A DNA stretch of 64,000 nucleotides from Balamuthia mandrillaris (lineage: Eukaryota), in assembly GCA_031835245.2 (NCBI GenBank), contig JAVKOQ020000111.1, positions 62,001 through 126,000 of the forward strand, written 5' to 3'. A model generated the notes under the pieces. It was not told the origin of the DNA and did no database searches. It was given only the letters and a program-made list of their open reading frames with translations. Positions 24,535 through 38,164 of this stretch are shown here, piece after piece (within the stretch, counting starts at the first letter, position 1; each line of letters starts with the position of its first letter). Made by a program: the position numbers and the translations under genes.

Positions 24535-25293
24535 TTCGATTTTTGTTTCTTTTTGTTTTCGAAAAAATAAATAAATAAATAACCCAACCCAAACAAAATA
24601 AATAAATAAATAAATAAAAAAGCGGATCGATGGATGAGGTTTTTTTTTTTTAAAGCGCTTGGCCGGAGCTTTTTTTAATCAGTGAGTTTCACTGCCCGCT
24701 CACTCGCTCGCCTTTCTCTTTTTTTTTTCTGTGCGGGTGACGCTCTCCCTTCCGTGCTATGAGAAAAAGAAAATAAAATAAAAAAAAAAAAGAAAGTAAA
24801 GGTGTCTCTCGCGCTACAGAAATTTTTAAGGACGGTTCCCGATGGTGTACGATCGCAGCGCTCCACACGATTAAAATTGTCCACCGGGGTGGAATCGAAC
24901 GGCGGGGGATCGAGGGTTGGATGCTTTTTGCTCGCCCTCGAAGGGTTGGGGATATTCTCCGATGAATAACCCTCGGCTGAGATCAGTTTCTTGGAAAACC
25001 CCCCAAACACGATCAGAATTTCTCCCCGCAATTTCTTACCACTTTCCGAGCATCCGATCAATGTCGACAAAAAGTGTCGGTTTCGGGTGCACCATTCGTG
25101 CAGAATATCTGGTCCTATTGACAAGAAACCGTTATAGGCCCAAAATAAAACAACAAAAGAAACGATTGACGAGAGTCGTTCAGTTCTTCCTCTTCTATCT
25201 CTTTCTTCAACGAGCTCATTCGGTGTTCTCATGGTTGTTGTTTCACCGCTCTTCCTTTGAATAATTTGTTTCGAAAAAAAAAAAAAAACAAAC

Positions 25294-27696
25294 ATGGAAG
25301 AAGATTTGCGAGGAACCGTTCGGCTCTATAAACAACTCAAAGAAGGGTCAAACAAACACATTTCTTGTTCTTCTTCGTCTTCGTCTTCGTCTTCTTCTTC
25401 TTCAAAGGCTTCTTTCGCTTCCGAGAGTACGGAAGTCAAAACAAAGCGAGGCTCCCTCATGCTCTTCACGCAAATGGAGGAAGGCGCCCACAAGCTCTTA
25501 TCGATGGAGGCCAACGAGAAGCCGGGAGAGGGAGGCGGAGAAGGAGCAGGCGAAGAAGGGGAAGAAGACAAACTCAAGAAGCAAAAGAAGAAGAAACTTG
25601 CTGAGAAAGAGCCGGCAAAAAAGAACAGGAGGAACCTGTCCCCACGCTCACAGCAACAGCAGCTCACCAGCAAACGGGAGAGGAAGGAGGAGAAGCTCTT
25701 TCTCAGGTGGACGAAGGAGCAGAAAACGAGGATACAGAGCAAAGGGCTGCCCAGCTATGGCAAAGAGGGGCGGCAGAGCATTCGCGGAGATCCGCAAAGA
25801 AGCCAGAGCCGCAAGTCCCCTCCGCCTTCTCCTTCCTCCTCCTCTGCCTCCAAAAAGAAGCCACAGAAACAGCCCCAAAAGCCAAAGAAAAGGAGAGAGG
25901 AAAAGTCGTTGCAACAACGGAAACGAGAGGAGACAACCTCCTCTTCCTCCTCCTCCTCCTCCTCCTCCTCTCCGGCAATGCCTCTCTTTGCCATGGAGCG
26001 CACGAGAACGGCGGAGGACGTTCTGTATAGCTCCTCCTCGTCCTCCTCGACGACGGCGGCACAGCGACAAAGCGTCCAAAGAAGAGGAACGGCAGACAAC
26101 AAGCAGCAGCAACAGCAACAAAGGGACAACAACGAACCGCACGCACGAATGCAGCTGACTCGCTCCGCTCAACAGCAACAACATTTGATGTTGTTGGCGG
26201 CGGTTGACAATAGCCCCAACAGCAGAGCCAACAAAGAGAGGAAGGAGAAGGAGAAGGAGAAGGAGAAGGAGAAGGAGAAGGAGAAGGAGAAGGAGAAGGA
26301 GAAGGAGAAAGAGAGACGAAATGAGAGAGGCCAAAGAAGGAGAAGAGAACAGAGAAAGAAAGGAGGAGGAGGAGTAAGAGCAGACCGGGGAGAAGAACTG
26401 AGAACACGAAGCAAAACGCAGGACAGCAGTTGGTTTCAACAACAACTCTATGCCAACGTTATTTCTGCCGAGGAAGACGTTCAACTGTACTTGTTATTGC
26501 TCCTCTCTCGTCATTTCGTTCTTTCATGTTCTTTCTCTCGTTCTTCTTCTTCTTCGTGAGCTCACTTTTGTTTTCCTCGGTCAAAAGGTTGTTGCAAGAA
26601 CGTCAGAAAGAACGAAAGGAAAGAGGCAGCAAGAGCACCAACAACCTCTTACGGCCAACCCCGCTTCTCGTCCACAACCACTCCAACACATCCTCCTCCG
26701 ACTCTGACGCCTCTTCAAGCTCGGATGAGGGCAGCCCACGCACCTCCTCAACGCAACAAAAAGCAGGTGATGAAGAGCAAGACAACAACAACAAACAGCC
26801 AAAAGCGAACAAGAAAACGAAAAAGAAGAAACTCTCCTCTTCATCCACGAACAACAACAAAAAAGAACTGAAACGAAAGGAGAAACAAAGACAGCAGCAA
26901 CAAATACCATACGTCCTATCGGATTCTGCAAGCCGAAAGCTTTCCAACACTTGGTCCACTTTGCTTCATCCCCATGCTTCTTCGTCTGCTTCGGGCCACG
27001 AAAGAGAGGAACCGGTGGACGGAGAAGAAGACGATGAAGAAGAAGAAGAAGACGAAGAAAAGATGAAAGAACACGAGGATCAAAGGAGACAAACGGAACT
27101 ATCAAGTTTTATGGATGAACTCGCTTCTTCCTCGTCTTCTCCTTCTGCTTCCGATGGCGAACACGAAACAACAAAACGAGGAGGAGGAGAACAAAAAGAA
27201 GAAGAGGAAGAAGGGGAAGAAGAACAAGAAGAAGAAGATGGAAGACCAGGAACGCCCGAAGAGGTGGTGGATTGGATGGAGACCATCGGGTTGAGCGCTT
27301 ATCGTGAGATCTTCTTGAAGCACCGCATTGGAGGCGACAGATTGGTCGTCCTCCAAAAAGAAGATCTCATAGAAATGGGTTTGTTCTTGTTCTTGTTCTT
27401 GTTCTTGTTCTTGTTCTTGTTCTTGTTCTTGTTCTTGTTCTTGTTCTTGTTCTTGTTCTTGTTCTTGTTCTTGTTCTTGTTCTTGTTCTTCTTCTTGTTC
27501 TTGTTCTTGTTCTTGTTCTTCTTCTTCTTGTTCTTCTTCTTCTTCTTTTGAGGTCAAACTCTTACCTTACATAATAACAGGGATAGATCCATTGGGGCGA
27601 AGGAAGATCCTGCAGGTGATTGCGTTCTTGAACTTTGGAAGAGGTGCCAAAAGTTCTAGCCACAAAAACTTTCGAACGCCTGAACGAAAAGAATAA
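25294..27696 (+). CDS. Low-complexity charged protein with C-terminal SAM domain
   Basis: EEVVDWMETIGLSAYREIFLKHRIGGDRLVVLQKEDLIEMG|IDPLGRRKIL is a typical SAM domain; introns ~26488-26588 and ~27379-27580. Confidence 0.75.
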
Positions 27697-27742
27697 CAAC
27701 AAACAAAAAAGGGATATACATTAAAAACATACATGTACAGAG

Positions 27743-28693
27743 TTAATGATGGTGATGAGTAGACTTCTCTTCTGCTTCCTCTTCTTTCGTTTTGGCCTCT
27801 TCCTTGTTGAGAACTCCGCCACATCCTTCCGTTATCTCCTTTTCCTGTTGAGACAGTCTGCAAAAACACATGAGCATAGTTCTCTTGTCTTCCTTCTCCT
27901 CCATTCACGCTCTTCTTGCTTCTCTTGTCTCTCATTCTCCTCTCTCTTCTCATTCTTCCATGTTCTCTCAAATCTTTTTTCTCTTACCTCATTTCAGCAG
28001 CAGCCAAAGCCATTTGTTGCGGCGTGAAGGCCAAGTGGAGAGAGTTTTCTCCGGTGGTACCGCCCAAAGCCACTCCGCTGCGTCGAGCGGTTTCCTCCAT
28101 CAGCTTCACTTTCTGTCGCTCCGCAGCAGAGAAGGCCTTTGCCCCGTCTCTTCCGTACTTTCGCTCAAACTCACGTACTGACTCTTGCAACAATCGGTTG
28201 AGACGGAAGAAGCTCGCATCATGAGGACCTTTTTTGAAAACAAGGTAAGAAAGGAGAAAGGAGAAAGGAGAAAGGAGAAAGGAGAAAGGAGAAAGGAGAA
28301 AGGAGAAAGAAAAGATACCAAAGACAATGTGTGTGAGCTCATGAAGCAACACATCGCGAATGCTTTCATAGTCTCGAAATGTGTTTGGATTGTTCTTGTC
28401 TACTCGCAGCCTCAAGCTGATTTCCAAGCCATAGTTCACATTCCATCCAAGTTTGTCTTCCTGCTCCAAGCTGAGCTCTTTCAAGTAGGTCACGTGCCAG
28501 TTTTGGTTCTCCATCACGTATATGATGGCAGGATCGGAGGCTAGGCGCTCCAAAATTGCTTTTGCTTCCCTCTCTTTTGGCATAGGAAGGACGGAGATGT
28601 AGCTAAACCGTTTGGGCAGAGTGATTTGTTCTCCTCGGTTGTCTGATATTTATGAAGAACGTAGATAAGTAACGAGACGAAGCACAAGAAGCA

Positions 28694-28724
<31 letters not shown>

Positions 28725-29280
28725 AAGAACACGAACACGGAATAGAACAAGAAGAAGGAGAACAAGAGCAGAAGAAGAAGTAGAAAAAGAAGAAGCAGCA
28801 ACAGCATACGAAACTAAGACGAGCAAAGCGAAGAAAAAGAAAGTGAAGAAGAACAAAGAAGGAAGCAAGGAAAAAGAACGAACCTCGAACGTTTGGTCGC
28901 AGCTCAAAGGGCATGATGGAGGCCTTCTCCGCTGCCACTTTCTTCGCCGCATCCGAGGTGCTCCCCACCAGCATGATCTTTGCATTGCTTTTCAGCCCCA
29001 ACTCTCGCAGCGTGCTCTCCTCCTTGGGGTGCGCTTGCCCTTTTTTGGTTTTGGCAGCCGAATGAACGAACCTCATCAATCAAAACTTTGTTCAAAAGCG
29101 AGACTGAGTGACGCGGATACCTTTGAGTAGAAGTTTTTGGTTTTCTGGAGGGACTCCAGTGAGCGAGGCCAGCTGTTGCTGGAAGGCTCGCAGCGTAGCG
29201 GCCGCCTCGGCTTCCACCGAGAGTTTGTCCTTGCCGTACTGAACGAGGAGCTGCAGCACCGAGCCGTCCTTCTCCTCCAT
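27743..29280 (-). CDS. Ubiquitin-like + WLM (Wss1-type) metalloprotease
   Basis: N-terminal UBL (LTGVPPENQKLLLKG...KIMLVGS); WLM motifs LGWNVNYG..ISLRLR and LLHELTH...GPHDASF. Confidence 0.85.
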
Positions 29281-29914
29281 TCTGTGCTTTTTTTTTTCCC
29301 TTCTAAAAAACGAAAAGCACACACTTACTCGCTCCTTGCCACTCGAGGTAGCAGCTCAACAAGGCGAATCGCCGAAGCGAAGAGGAAGAGGAAGGAGAGG
29401 TGAGGGCCCTTTTTTTTTTTTCTTTCTCTTTTTCATTTTTTTGTTTGGATAAATCATGATGACGTGTTTCGCGTCGACGTGATATGAAATGTCTGCAAAA
29501 ATAGTGCTGACTTATAGTGTCGACATGATATCTACAAGTACACATTCCGCTGGATCGCTCCTCCCTGTCGCTACTTTCTTCTCTTCCCTCTTGATTATCG
29601 TTGGGCACTCTAGTACTTGTTTGCGTCTTCTCAGCTCTCTCTCTCTCTCTCTCTCTCTCTCGATTTTACTTGCTGTTTACGGTTCATCCGATAATGAATA
29701 TTCACTCATTGGACAATTCCAGCAAATAACAGCAACCTTCACCGAAACTGCAACAAGAATGAGGACCATCTCGTTTGAATTACGCGACGGTTGCCGGTCA
29801 AACCTCCAGTGATGGGAGGATGAGCAACGGCAACAGCAACAACAGAAATTAAAAAAATAAAATAAACGAACCTCCGACCGTGGAAAACCAAAAACTTTAG
29901 TTTTTAAACAAACA

Positions 29915-31252
29915 ATGGAGACGCGACGCATGCGGCGTTGCCTTGTATCACTGCTTCTCTTTGTTCTCTTTGCCGTTTCGTTGTGCGCAGGCGAAGGTAA
30001 CTATCATGAAGAAGTTCACCAAGTTCTTTTTTTTAATTCGTTATACGAATGAACTTAACAAACAACCAAACAATAAATAAATAAATCAACACTTTGAAAA
30101 GTGTTATGGGTGGACAGCACGGCTTCATGTCCTTGTTCCGGCTCTGTTAACTCTCCTTATGCTTCCGTGGTGGAGGCCGTTGCTGCCGCCTCGGAGGGGG
30201 ACACCATCAACGTTCTTCCAGGATTTTATCCGGAGACTGTCAACCTGACCGCTTCCCTCAACATCACGTTTGTCTTGTTTTCTTCTTCTGCTTTTTTTTT
30301 TGTCTCCTTCTCTTCCCCTTCGCCTTTGTTTCTTCTTCTCTCCTTCATTTCCTCCTCTTCCTTCTGCTTTCGTGATGTCTATGTGCTCAACAACAACACA
30401 CCAAACACACAAACGACCAACAGTGGAACGTCAGGGGATGCTTCAGCCACGGTTCTTCAATGCATCATCTCTGCGGTCTATGTGGAGGTCAATCTGGAGG
30501 CCCTCACCCTTCGAGGCTGCAGCGAATCCGCCATTCAGAGCAGTTACACTTATGGCATCGTGTTGGTGCTGCGAAATGTTGTCATTGAGGACGCCTGGAG
30601 AGCGCTCTCCTTTCCAAACGGAGTCTTTCTCACCGCCATTGATGTTGTTATCCGAAACATTTATGAGTTGCCTGCAGGTATTCTTGTTGTTATTGTCGTA
30701 TGTTGTGCTTGTGCTTGTGTGTTCTTCTTGTTCTTGTTCTTCTTGTTCTTGTTCTTCTTGTTCTTGTTCTTCTTCTTCTTCTTCTTCTTCTTCTTGTTCT
30801 TCTTGTTCTTCTGCCTTACATTATCTTTGAACTCTTCATAAATACAACAAATGCCGTACAGTGTACCTGGCAAACTATCCCTTCTTGACAGTGGAAAGCT
30901 CGTTTCTAGTACAGAACTGCTCTTCTCCTTTCACCACACAAACATCTGCTGGTATGTTATCGAACAAGAATATCTCCTTTGTTTTTTTTTGCCTAACGAA
31001 GGTTTATCAGTGATATTAATGGAAGCCGGACAACTGACCTTTGATGGAACTACCAAGTTTATAGGCAACAGAGGCGGACGAGGTCCTCTGCTCCTTCTTC
31101 TTCTCTGTTCTTTCTTCCATTTCTTTCTTGCTTACTTCTTTTGGTTGCTGCTGGTTTTTTCCTTTGCAATTGCACAGTGTTTGTCCTGTACGACGTAACG
31201 TGGATAAGTACCGGTGACATCATCTTCGAAGACAATGAAAACAGTACTGCCT

Positions 31253-31291
<39 letters not shown>

Positions 31292-33214
31292 AGTTTCTCT
31301 AATCTCTGCATCACGCCAATCAGTTCTCTGGATGAAGGGTTCAGCAATAAACCATCGATCGAATGGCGGGACTCTGCCAACGCTTTCATTCCGAAGAAAC
31401 GGTGAAAGAGAAGTGCCGAACACCTCCAAAAGGGAGGAAACAGCTCAAGCCCTCAGTAAGTGCACATCCGCCCATTCTTTCCTGCCTCTCTTCATTCTGT
31501 ATTTATAAGGTCATTCTCAAAGTCGCACTTGAGACCTCTATACTGCAATGTAGTGGTTATGTTTCTTTCTTTGGAAACACGTTCCTCAGCCCTTGTTCGT
31601 ATACTCCCCACAGCCTTCTTCTTTCGTTGTACTTAATATTTGCTTTTTGTTATCCCTCTTGCGATTCTTATGCCCTTCGTGTTCTTCTTTTTTTTTTAAC
31701 TAGACATGATTAGCCTTACTCAGGAATCCAACTTGGAGTTGGACTATCCCATCATGTTGCAAGACAACAACATCAACTCCATAATCTCCTGCCAAAACTC
31801 TTCCCTTCTCTCTCCCGATCGTTGCACCTCTGGCCCTTGTTCCTTCTGCACCTCTCCCAATTCGCCCTCCATAGCCTGGGAAGTGCCTGCTCTCTACAAC
31901 AGAGTCTTTGAGCGAGACGCAGCAACTGGTGGTGAGACCATGAAAGAATGGGTGGTAATGGATGTTGGTTACCACGAGATCACGGCACTGCTCTCCTCTC
32001 CTGCTCCTGCTGGATTCACTGTTCATCCACAGGTGGAAATGGATTCAGCAGCCAACAACCTTCTTCACCTCAACACTACCAACCTGGTATTCGAAGGCGG
32101 ATCTACCACATCCACTTTTGCCTTCACCATCACTCCACAAGAACAAGCGCCTGGAAGCAATGCCAGGATAAGCATCTTCCTCCTCCCTTCCACACTGAAT
32201 GGAGGAGAGGAAGAACCTACCGAAGGACCTCCATACTTTTTGGCCTACCCTTTCCAAGTGAACATCATTCACACGAGCAAGATGTATTCCTCTCCCAACA
32301 ACAACCTTCGGGTGACCTTTCCTTTGAACAACCCTGATCACATCCTTTGGCCTTCCACCCCATCTTCTGCTGGAGGGGGGAAGAGCAGTGGAGAGCTGTC
32401 TTTGAATGCCAGATTCGGACGGTTGGAGGAGGTGAATGGGGAAGAGGTGGCAAAGAGTTACAGATTGTCGGAGCTGTTGTGGGACTCCTCCTCTTCTTCT
32501 GACACTCAAGTCAGTTTCGTGGCGGATCTTTCTCTTCCTCGCACTCATTCTACGTCCCCCTCTTTCAACGACAACAACAATGCAACAATCGGATTGAACT
32601 TCACCATGATGGAAGAAGGGAGCAGCCTTGCCTTTGGAGCAGGCCGAGTGTTGGAGTTTGATGAGGACAGCGTAAAATGGAGTTTGTGGGTGGAAGGATG
32701 GAACTGGCAAAACACATCCAATGTGTTGCGGTTGGAGTGGAGTCTTCAAAGCCAAGATGGCCCTTTTCTTTCTATTGAGGAGGAGAACACGGAAGAAGAA
32801 GTGGGAGAAGAGTTCCTGTTGAGGACCAATCACACGGAGGCTCGTCTGAGAGTGGTGAGTGTTGCATTGGCGGATGGAGAAGAACACCCGAGCACAACTG
32901 AAATCCAGGAAGCAGATGGAGAAGACGGAGGAGTCATAGTGGTGTTGACTCTGCCTTGGTTCGAGGAATTCCTTCTCTTCGATCCGGACATGTCTCTTCT
33001 GGTCCCTTCTGGGGATGATGAGGGAGAGAAAGAAGAAAGCAAGGAAGAAGATGATTTGTGGTGGAAGGTCACCGTTCCCATTGTGGTGGTGGCAGTTGTG
33101 GTGGTGGCCCTCCTCGTTGCTTTGGGAGGTTACCTCCATCACAAGCGACGAAGAACGAGCAACAAGAAACGGGTCATGTCCCGTTTGAACAGCGGCGAGG
33201 CAAGCACGGCTTGA
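29915..33214 (+). CDS. Type I membrane surface protein, paralog 1 (beta-helix-like N-term; ComC-like C-terminal sandwich domain)
   Basis: Signal peptide; GS..SPYASV.EAV..ASEGDTI.VLPG.Y start typical of right-handed beta-helix proteins; long last exon with VKWSL.VEGW.W, FDPDMSLL, LWWKVTVP-TM and a basic tail. Confidence 0.75.
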
Positions 33215-33292
33215 ACCTACGACACGTGTGTTCGTGGCAACAACAATCCCTGCGAGTGAGGAAGAGAAGAACAAGTAGGTCAATATTTTATT

Positions 33293-34156
33293 TTACAATA
33301 AGAATAGACTCCGCAATGTGTTGGCAGCAGAGCCATCATCCCCGTCCTCTGCTCCATCATCACCGGAGCTGCTGTTCGAAGAGTTCGAGCCATCTTCATC
33401 TTCCGCAGAGGAGCTGGAGGGATTTGCTTCCTCCTTGGTGAAGCCTTCCACCGCGATTGCAAAGACTTGCTCCCACTTGGGCGTTATCAGATCCCTCTTG
33501 GAGGGTTCGTCGGGGTCAAAAGACACAAAGTCCCAACCGAGAAAGACCAGATGGCCCTCTCCTCGGCTCACCGACATCACCGTGCAAGCGGTATTAATCG
33601 TGTAATAGCAGACTTGATTGACTGTTCCAATAAACACGAACTCGCTCGCACGGAGAGCTTCCAACGTTTCAGGAGCGGACTCAAAGGGAGTGCCCGCGGC
33701 ATCTGGAGTCTTGGCAGAGTTGAGGTCCCATGTGATCGTTGGCGCCGTCCATCCAAGCTGGAAAGTCTGGTTGCAGAGGACAGATGAAGAGCTCCACACG
33801 ATGACTCCTCCTTCCTCCATGAAAGTGTTGAGTGCTTGGGTCACCACCTCGGAGAACCCGCTTACGACCATGCCTGGGTTCACTGTTGGAAAGACAAAGA
33901 CAGAAACGGAGGACAGGACTTGCGACCAGGTTTCTTCGTCCTCCACGGAGTCCACGGTGGAGATGGTATGTTCCCCGTCCTCCAAGAGTCGCGCCATGAG
34001 GGCTCCTCCCCCTTCGTAGCCCTCATAGGAGTCGGTCGGCTCCTCCATCTTCTGGTTGGTGAGAAGGGGGTCGGCAAGGAGACCCACCCTCAAACCCCTC
34101 ACTGCTCCGAACAGGAGGACTGCCAGCAGAACCAAGAGCACAGTCGCGCGTGTCAT
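33293..34156 (-). CDS. Secreted/surface protein of unknown function
   Basis: Intronless; signal peptide MTRATVLLVLLAVLLFGAVRG; FMEEGGVIV and GEGHLVFLGWD recall class I glutamine amidotransferase-like folds; S/D/G-rich tail. Confidence 0.7.
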   Translation of the reverse strand: MTRATVLLVLLAVLLFGAVRGLRVGLLADPLLTNQKMEEPTDSYEGYEGGGALMARLLEDGEHTISTVDSVEDEETWSQVLSSVSVFVFPTVNPGMVVSGFSEVVTQALNTFMEEGGVIVWSSSSVLCNQTFQLGWTAPTITWDLNSAKTPDAAGTPFESAPETLEALRASEFVFIGTVNQVCYYTINTACTVMSVSRGEGHLVFLGWDFVSFDPDEPSKRDLITPKWEQVFAIAVEGFTKEEANPSSSSAEDEDGSNSSNSSSGDDGAEDGDDGSAANTLRSLFLL

Positions 34157-34758
34157 CCGATGTTTTATGTTCGTGTGTGTGACGAGAGAGAACAAAGAGA
34201 AGAGGGCCGATGAGGAGAAGAGAGAGGGCTTGTGTTTCGTAGGCAAAGAAAATTGTTGAAAATGAACAACATGATGAGGAGCGGCCGGATAGCCACTGTA
34301 ATTGTGGAGAGTTAATTCATTGGGGTATCGGGACCTTGCTATTTGTATGCAGGTGGAGTCAACGAGTCAAAACAAACCGGAACGTTGTTCGCACTACAAA
34401 ACATACCTGTGGGTTCAAAAAGGCAACGAAATGCATGGCCTCAGGATTGCCTGAGGAAGCGAAGGAAGAAGACAAACAAGGAAGATGACGAGCTAGGTGT
34501 AAAGGACCCAATTCAAACTTGTGTTGGTGGGGATCAGATATCTCCTCCTCGTCGTTTTTGCGGTAAACCTCCTTCACCAACACGCGACAAAGTTTATAAC
34601 GTGCGGAAACGCAACAACCCTTTTCGAACCCAGCAATCCAAGGGATCGCATCGCTTTCCTGTTTAAGCAACAATAGCGCCATTTGGGCAGGAAAGGCGCC
34701 TTTTCGATGGATAGCGGAAAAAAAGTCAAAAACGAAAGTGGAACTTTGAACGCAGAGA

Positions 34759-34862
34759 ATGGTGCGCCGCCTGGTCCTGACTTGCCTCGCAATTCTTTGT
34801 GTGGTCTCCATGAACAATCTCGGGACATGTATCGGCTCTCACTCACTCACTCACTCACTCAC

Positions 34863-34915
<53 letters not shown>

Positions 34916-37900
34916 CGGGTATCCCCTTCTGCTTTTCTTATTTTGGGGTGCGTACGGATAACAATAGTGGCTGTCGATGTCCATGTCGATGAGTCCTCGT
35001 TATGTGAGACTAGATGTTCTTTCTTAGGCGTTCCCTTTCACACTATCGAGCAGTCTAAGGGTACCTGTTTTGTTGTCTCTGCCCCTTTCTCCTCTCTTCC
35101 TTCTCTCGCTCTCTCGCTTCCAAGTGTACGCAATGGATACTAAAAAACCAAAACTGAGAACAGAGGCTGTCAAAGCGAACGATATTTTCAGAGTCTTGCT
35201 AGCTGCCGGTTCATATAACTTTCCGACAGACTTCAACGTGGATGCTCAGCCGAACTATTTCTATATCATGTACGGTTGACCTCTTTTGCGTTCTTTCCTC
35301 CGGTGCTTGATAGCGTTTAGTCGTTGCTTATGCCATCGTTTTCTCCTGCACACTCTGATATATCTCTTCTATGCTCTCTTTGGGTTAACAAAGCGGGTCA
35401 GGAATAAACGAAACAACCCTTACAGGAGCAATACCATTTTACACTGTTGACACAACTCTCAAAGACCTCACAATAGAGCCCAGCGAGAGCATCGGCATTG
35501 GAGGAGAACTCGCGCTCGAACGAGTTCACTTGAAGCACTTTCCTATCCAACAAGTGGGAAACCTAAACACTGCTAATGTGATCATCTCGGACAGCCCGAC
35601 TGGAGCAGGTACACTTGTACAGAGAGTGCACCACGAATCCCTCTCTTAAGCTCGTAGCTTTTTCATGACAGTACATTTCTTGGGAGAAGAATGGCGTTCT
35701 TACGATGACTTTATGGTAGAAAACACCGAAGACGGTTTGACCCATCTCCCTCTCTTTCTCTCGCTGACTTTCCTGCTCCTCTCCCTGTTTCTTTTTCTCC
35801 CCATCCGTTCTTCATGGCCTATTGCCTCTTCTCCTTGTCATCCTTCCTCGCCACAATCTGCACCATCGGCTCCTGCATCTTCTTGCTTCTGTTCTGCTGT
35901 TGCTTCTGTTGTTTAACGTGCGGCGAAAACAAATAGTGGCTATACTGGTCGAAAGTTGGGCAGTGTGGCGGCAAATCGGCCGTGCGACCTTGCGTGCAGC
36001 TTCTCCGCTGGCCGTGTTGTTGTTGGGAACCTGGGAGTGTGGCGAGGATGTTACCTTTGAGAACAACGACAACGGTATCTCTCTCTTTCTCCCTCTCTCT
36101 CCTGCTCCTCCCATGGCTGGAAACGGCACTCTTACAACATACCTTTCCTCCAAGCGGTGTGGGTTGTTCAGGAGGGGGTTTGGAATCAGTGGGGAGAAGT
36201 GCTCTTCAAGGGCAACCAGAACCGGTTTTATTCCTACATGGGTGAATTGGGGACTGTAAATGGCAGTGAACTGGGTAAGTTCTTCAACCGGGTGGTAGTT
36301 TACTTGTTCTGTTATATAGGTCCTCATGCTTTGGGCTTGCTTTTTCTTTCCAAAGTGTACGTCCACAACGCCACATGGAACAGCTACTCTCCAGTTGAGT
36401 TCCTGGATAACGATGTATCATCAAAAGGTGTGCATCTCTTCTCTTCCAGCTCATTCGTCTCGTTCAACTTCACTTACTGTTACCGGATCTCTTTTAAACT
36501 TGCACAACAAAGCCCCTGTGAAACTGGTGGCCCATTCTTTTGTGCTTTCGACCTTCACCATTGAAAACGACTTTGGGCGCCGCCTGCCCCTCTTCTCCTG
36601 CGAGGATTCCTACCTGGTTGCTGCGGAGAGCTGCACCATCGAGTGTGGCTGCACGCGTCGCCCGACCATCTCCATGAAGGCTCCTAATAACTACATTAGA
36701 AACAAGGAAGGAGCTCTTCTTGTTAACCCATCGGGCAACATTACCGTTCTCCTCCAGTCCTCCGCAGTGCTAACCAGCCCCCTGACCGTCCGCTTCACGG
36801 TGGAGGATCCGAGAGAGGGAGGCGAGTCTTGGGTGGAGCCAAACACCGTGGACCTGCCCATGTACTCTAGCCACAGGGAGGTACAGCTCTCCGTTTGGGG
36901 GTTTAGCGAAGGACAACAGTTCGGCCTGTCCCTCCGGCCATACTTGAAGGATGAGGTCATCCAGGAGCCTGATTACATCATAGCTCATGAAGCATCACGT
37001 TTGGAACTGATCTACATCGCAGGGGGTGTTGCCCTTCCGAGCCTAGCGGTAGTATTTCCCTCCTTGCTGCCCAACTTTGTGGCCGTTCCTCTCTCTAAGG
37101 AGGGGAACGCCCCCGAACCTGCTTCGGTAAGCTCCAACTTTCAGAGGTTGGTGGAAGTGGATCCGCTCAACGCGAATGCGCACGTGAAGAGCCAACCGCT
37201 CCTCGAGTTAGCATGGGGCTCTTCTGCTTCCCTCGACGGAGTTTACACCTACTCCACCACCTTCACCCTCGATGGCGCCCCTGCCTCAACATCCGTTCGG
37301 CTGCTGTTCAGCCCGGCGGCTGCCGGGGAAGAAGTGGTCGTCAGGGACCAGACCGCTGTTCCTTTCCAGATGGACAGCCTGAAATGGACGCTGGAGGTGG
37401 AAGACTGGCCCTTTGGCGCTTCAACCAACAAGCTCCTGCTGGAGACTACTCTGGTGACTGGAGCAGAGAAGTGGGTTGATGTGGATGTCCGAGCTCCCAC
37501 TCCCCTGAAAAAAGCCACTGATGATGAAGATGGAGAAGAGGAGAACTCCGAGGACTCCCACTTTGGCCCAGATAAAAGACGACGGTCCACTGGCGACTCC
37601 CGGCATTTGCTGGAATGGAAGCTGACCGCTGAGGACAGCACCTCCTCCTTCCGAGCGTTGTCTTGGGCTTGGGTGGACGGCAACCTCACCGCAGCTGAGC
37701 CTGTGGAGGTCCAACTGGAGCTTTCAGAGGCCGCAAAGAGCCAGGTCATCGTCTCCTTCCTTCTGCCTCATTTCACGACCTCATTGAGCTACGATCCTGA
37801 CCTTTCGGTAACGTTCGGCTCCGAGTCTGGAGATGGAGAAGACGGAGGAGGGGATGATGCTTTATGGTGGAAAATCCTCGTCCCAGTGTTGTGCGTGTTG

Positions 37901-37999
37901 ATGGTGCTGATCGTGGGCGGTATCATCGTGGCAGTCATATGGAGGGGCAAGTTGAACGAAAAGAAGAGAAAGAATAGAGGAGGTTCTGTCAACTTTTAA
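34759..37999 (+). CDS. Type I membrane surface protein, paralog 2
   Basis: Signal peptide exon at 34759; several small exons; last exon with NFQRLVEV, LKWTLEVEDWPF, YDPDLSV and LWWKILVP-TM. Confidence 0.75.
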
Positions 38000-38164
38000 A
38001 ACAATAGTAAACAGAGAAATGCTCAAAGGAGAGAAGCGACTTACAAGGAGAAGAAGGAAAGAAAGACCCTGCTTTCTACCAATTTCCTTGCTCTTAAAGT
38101 TTTTCGGTTATTGCTGCGAATAGAAACGCATCCATCTTGCAGGGCCTCACAATAAAAATAACAG

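Noticed and set aside
24880..24960. tRNA gene suggested by GTTCGATTCC on the minus strand
   Set aside because: The T-stem does not pair and there is no cloverleaf.
32045..33283. 412-aa antisense ORF (and similar shadows at 5247-6119, 15614-16498, 23151-23852)
   Set aside because: Shadow frames opposite well-supported genes, with no recognisable motifs.
34600..34700. tRNA suggested by GGGTTCGAAA on the minus strand
   Set aside because: No T-stem or acceptor-stem pairing.
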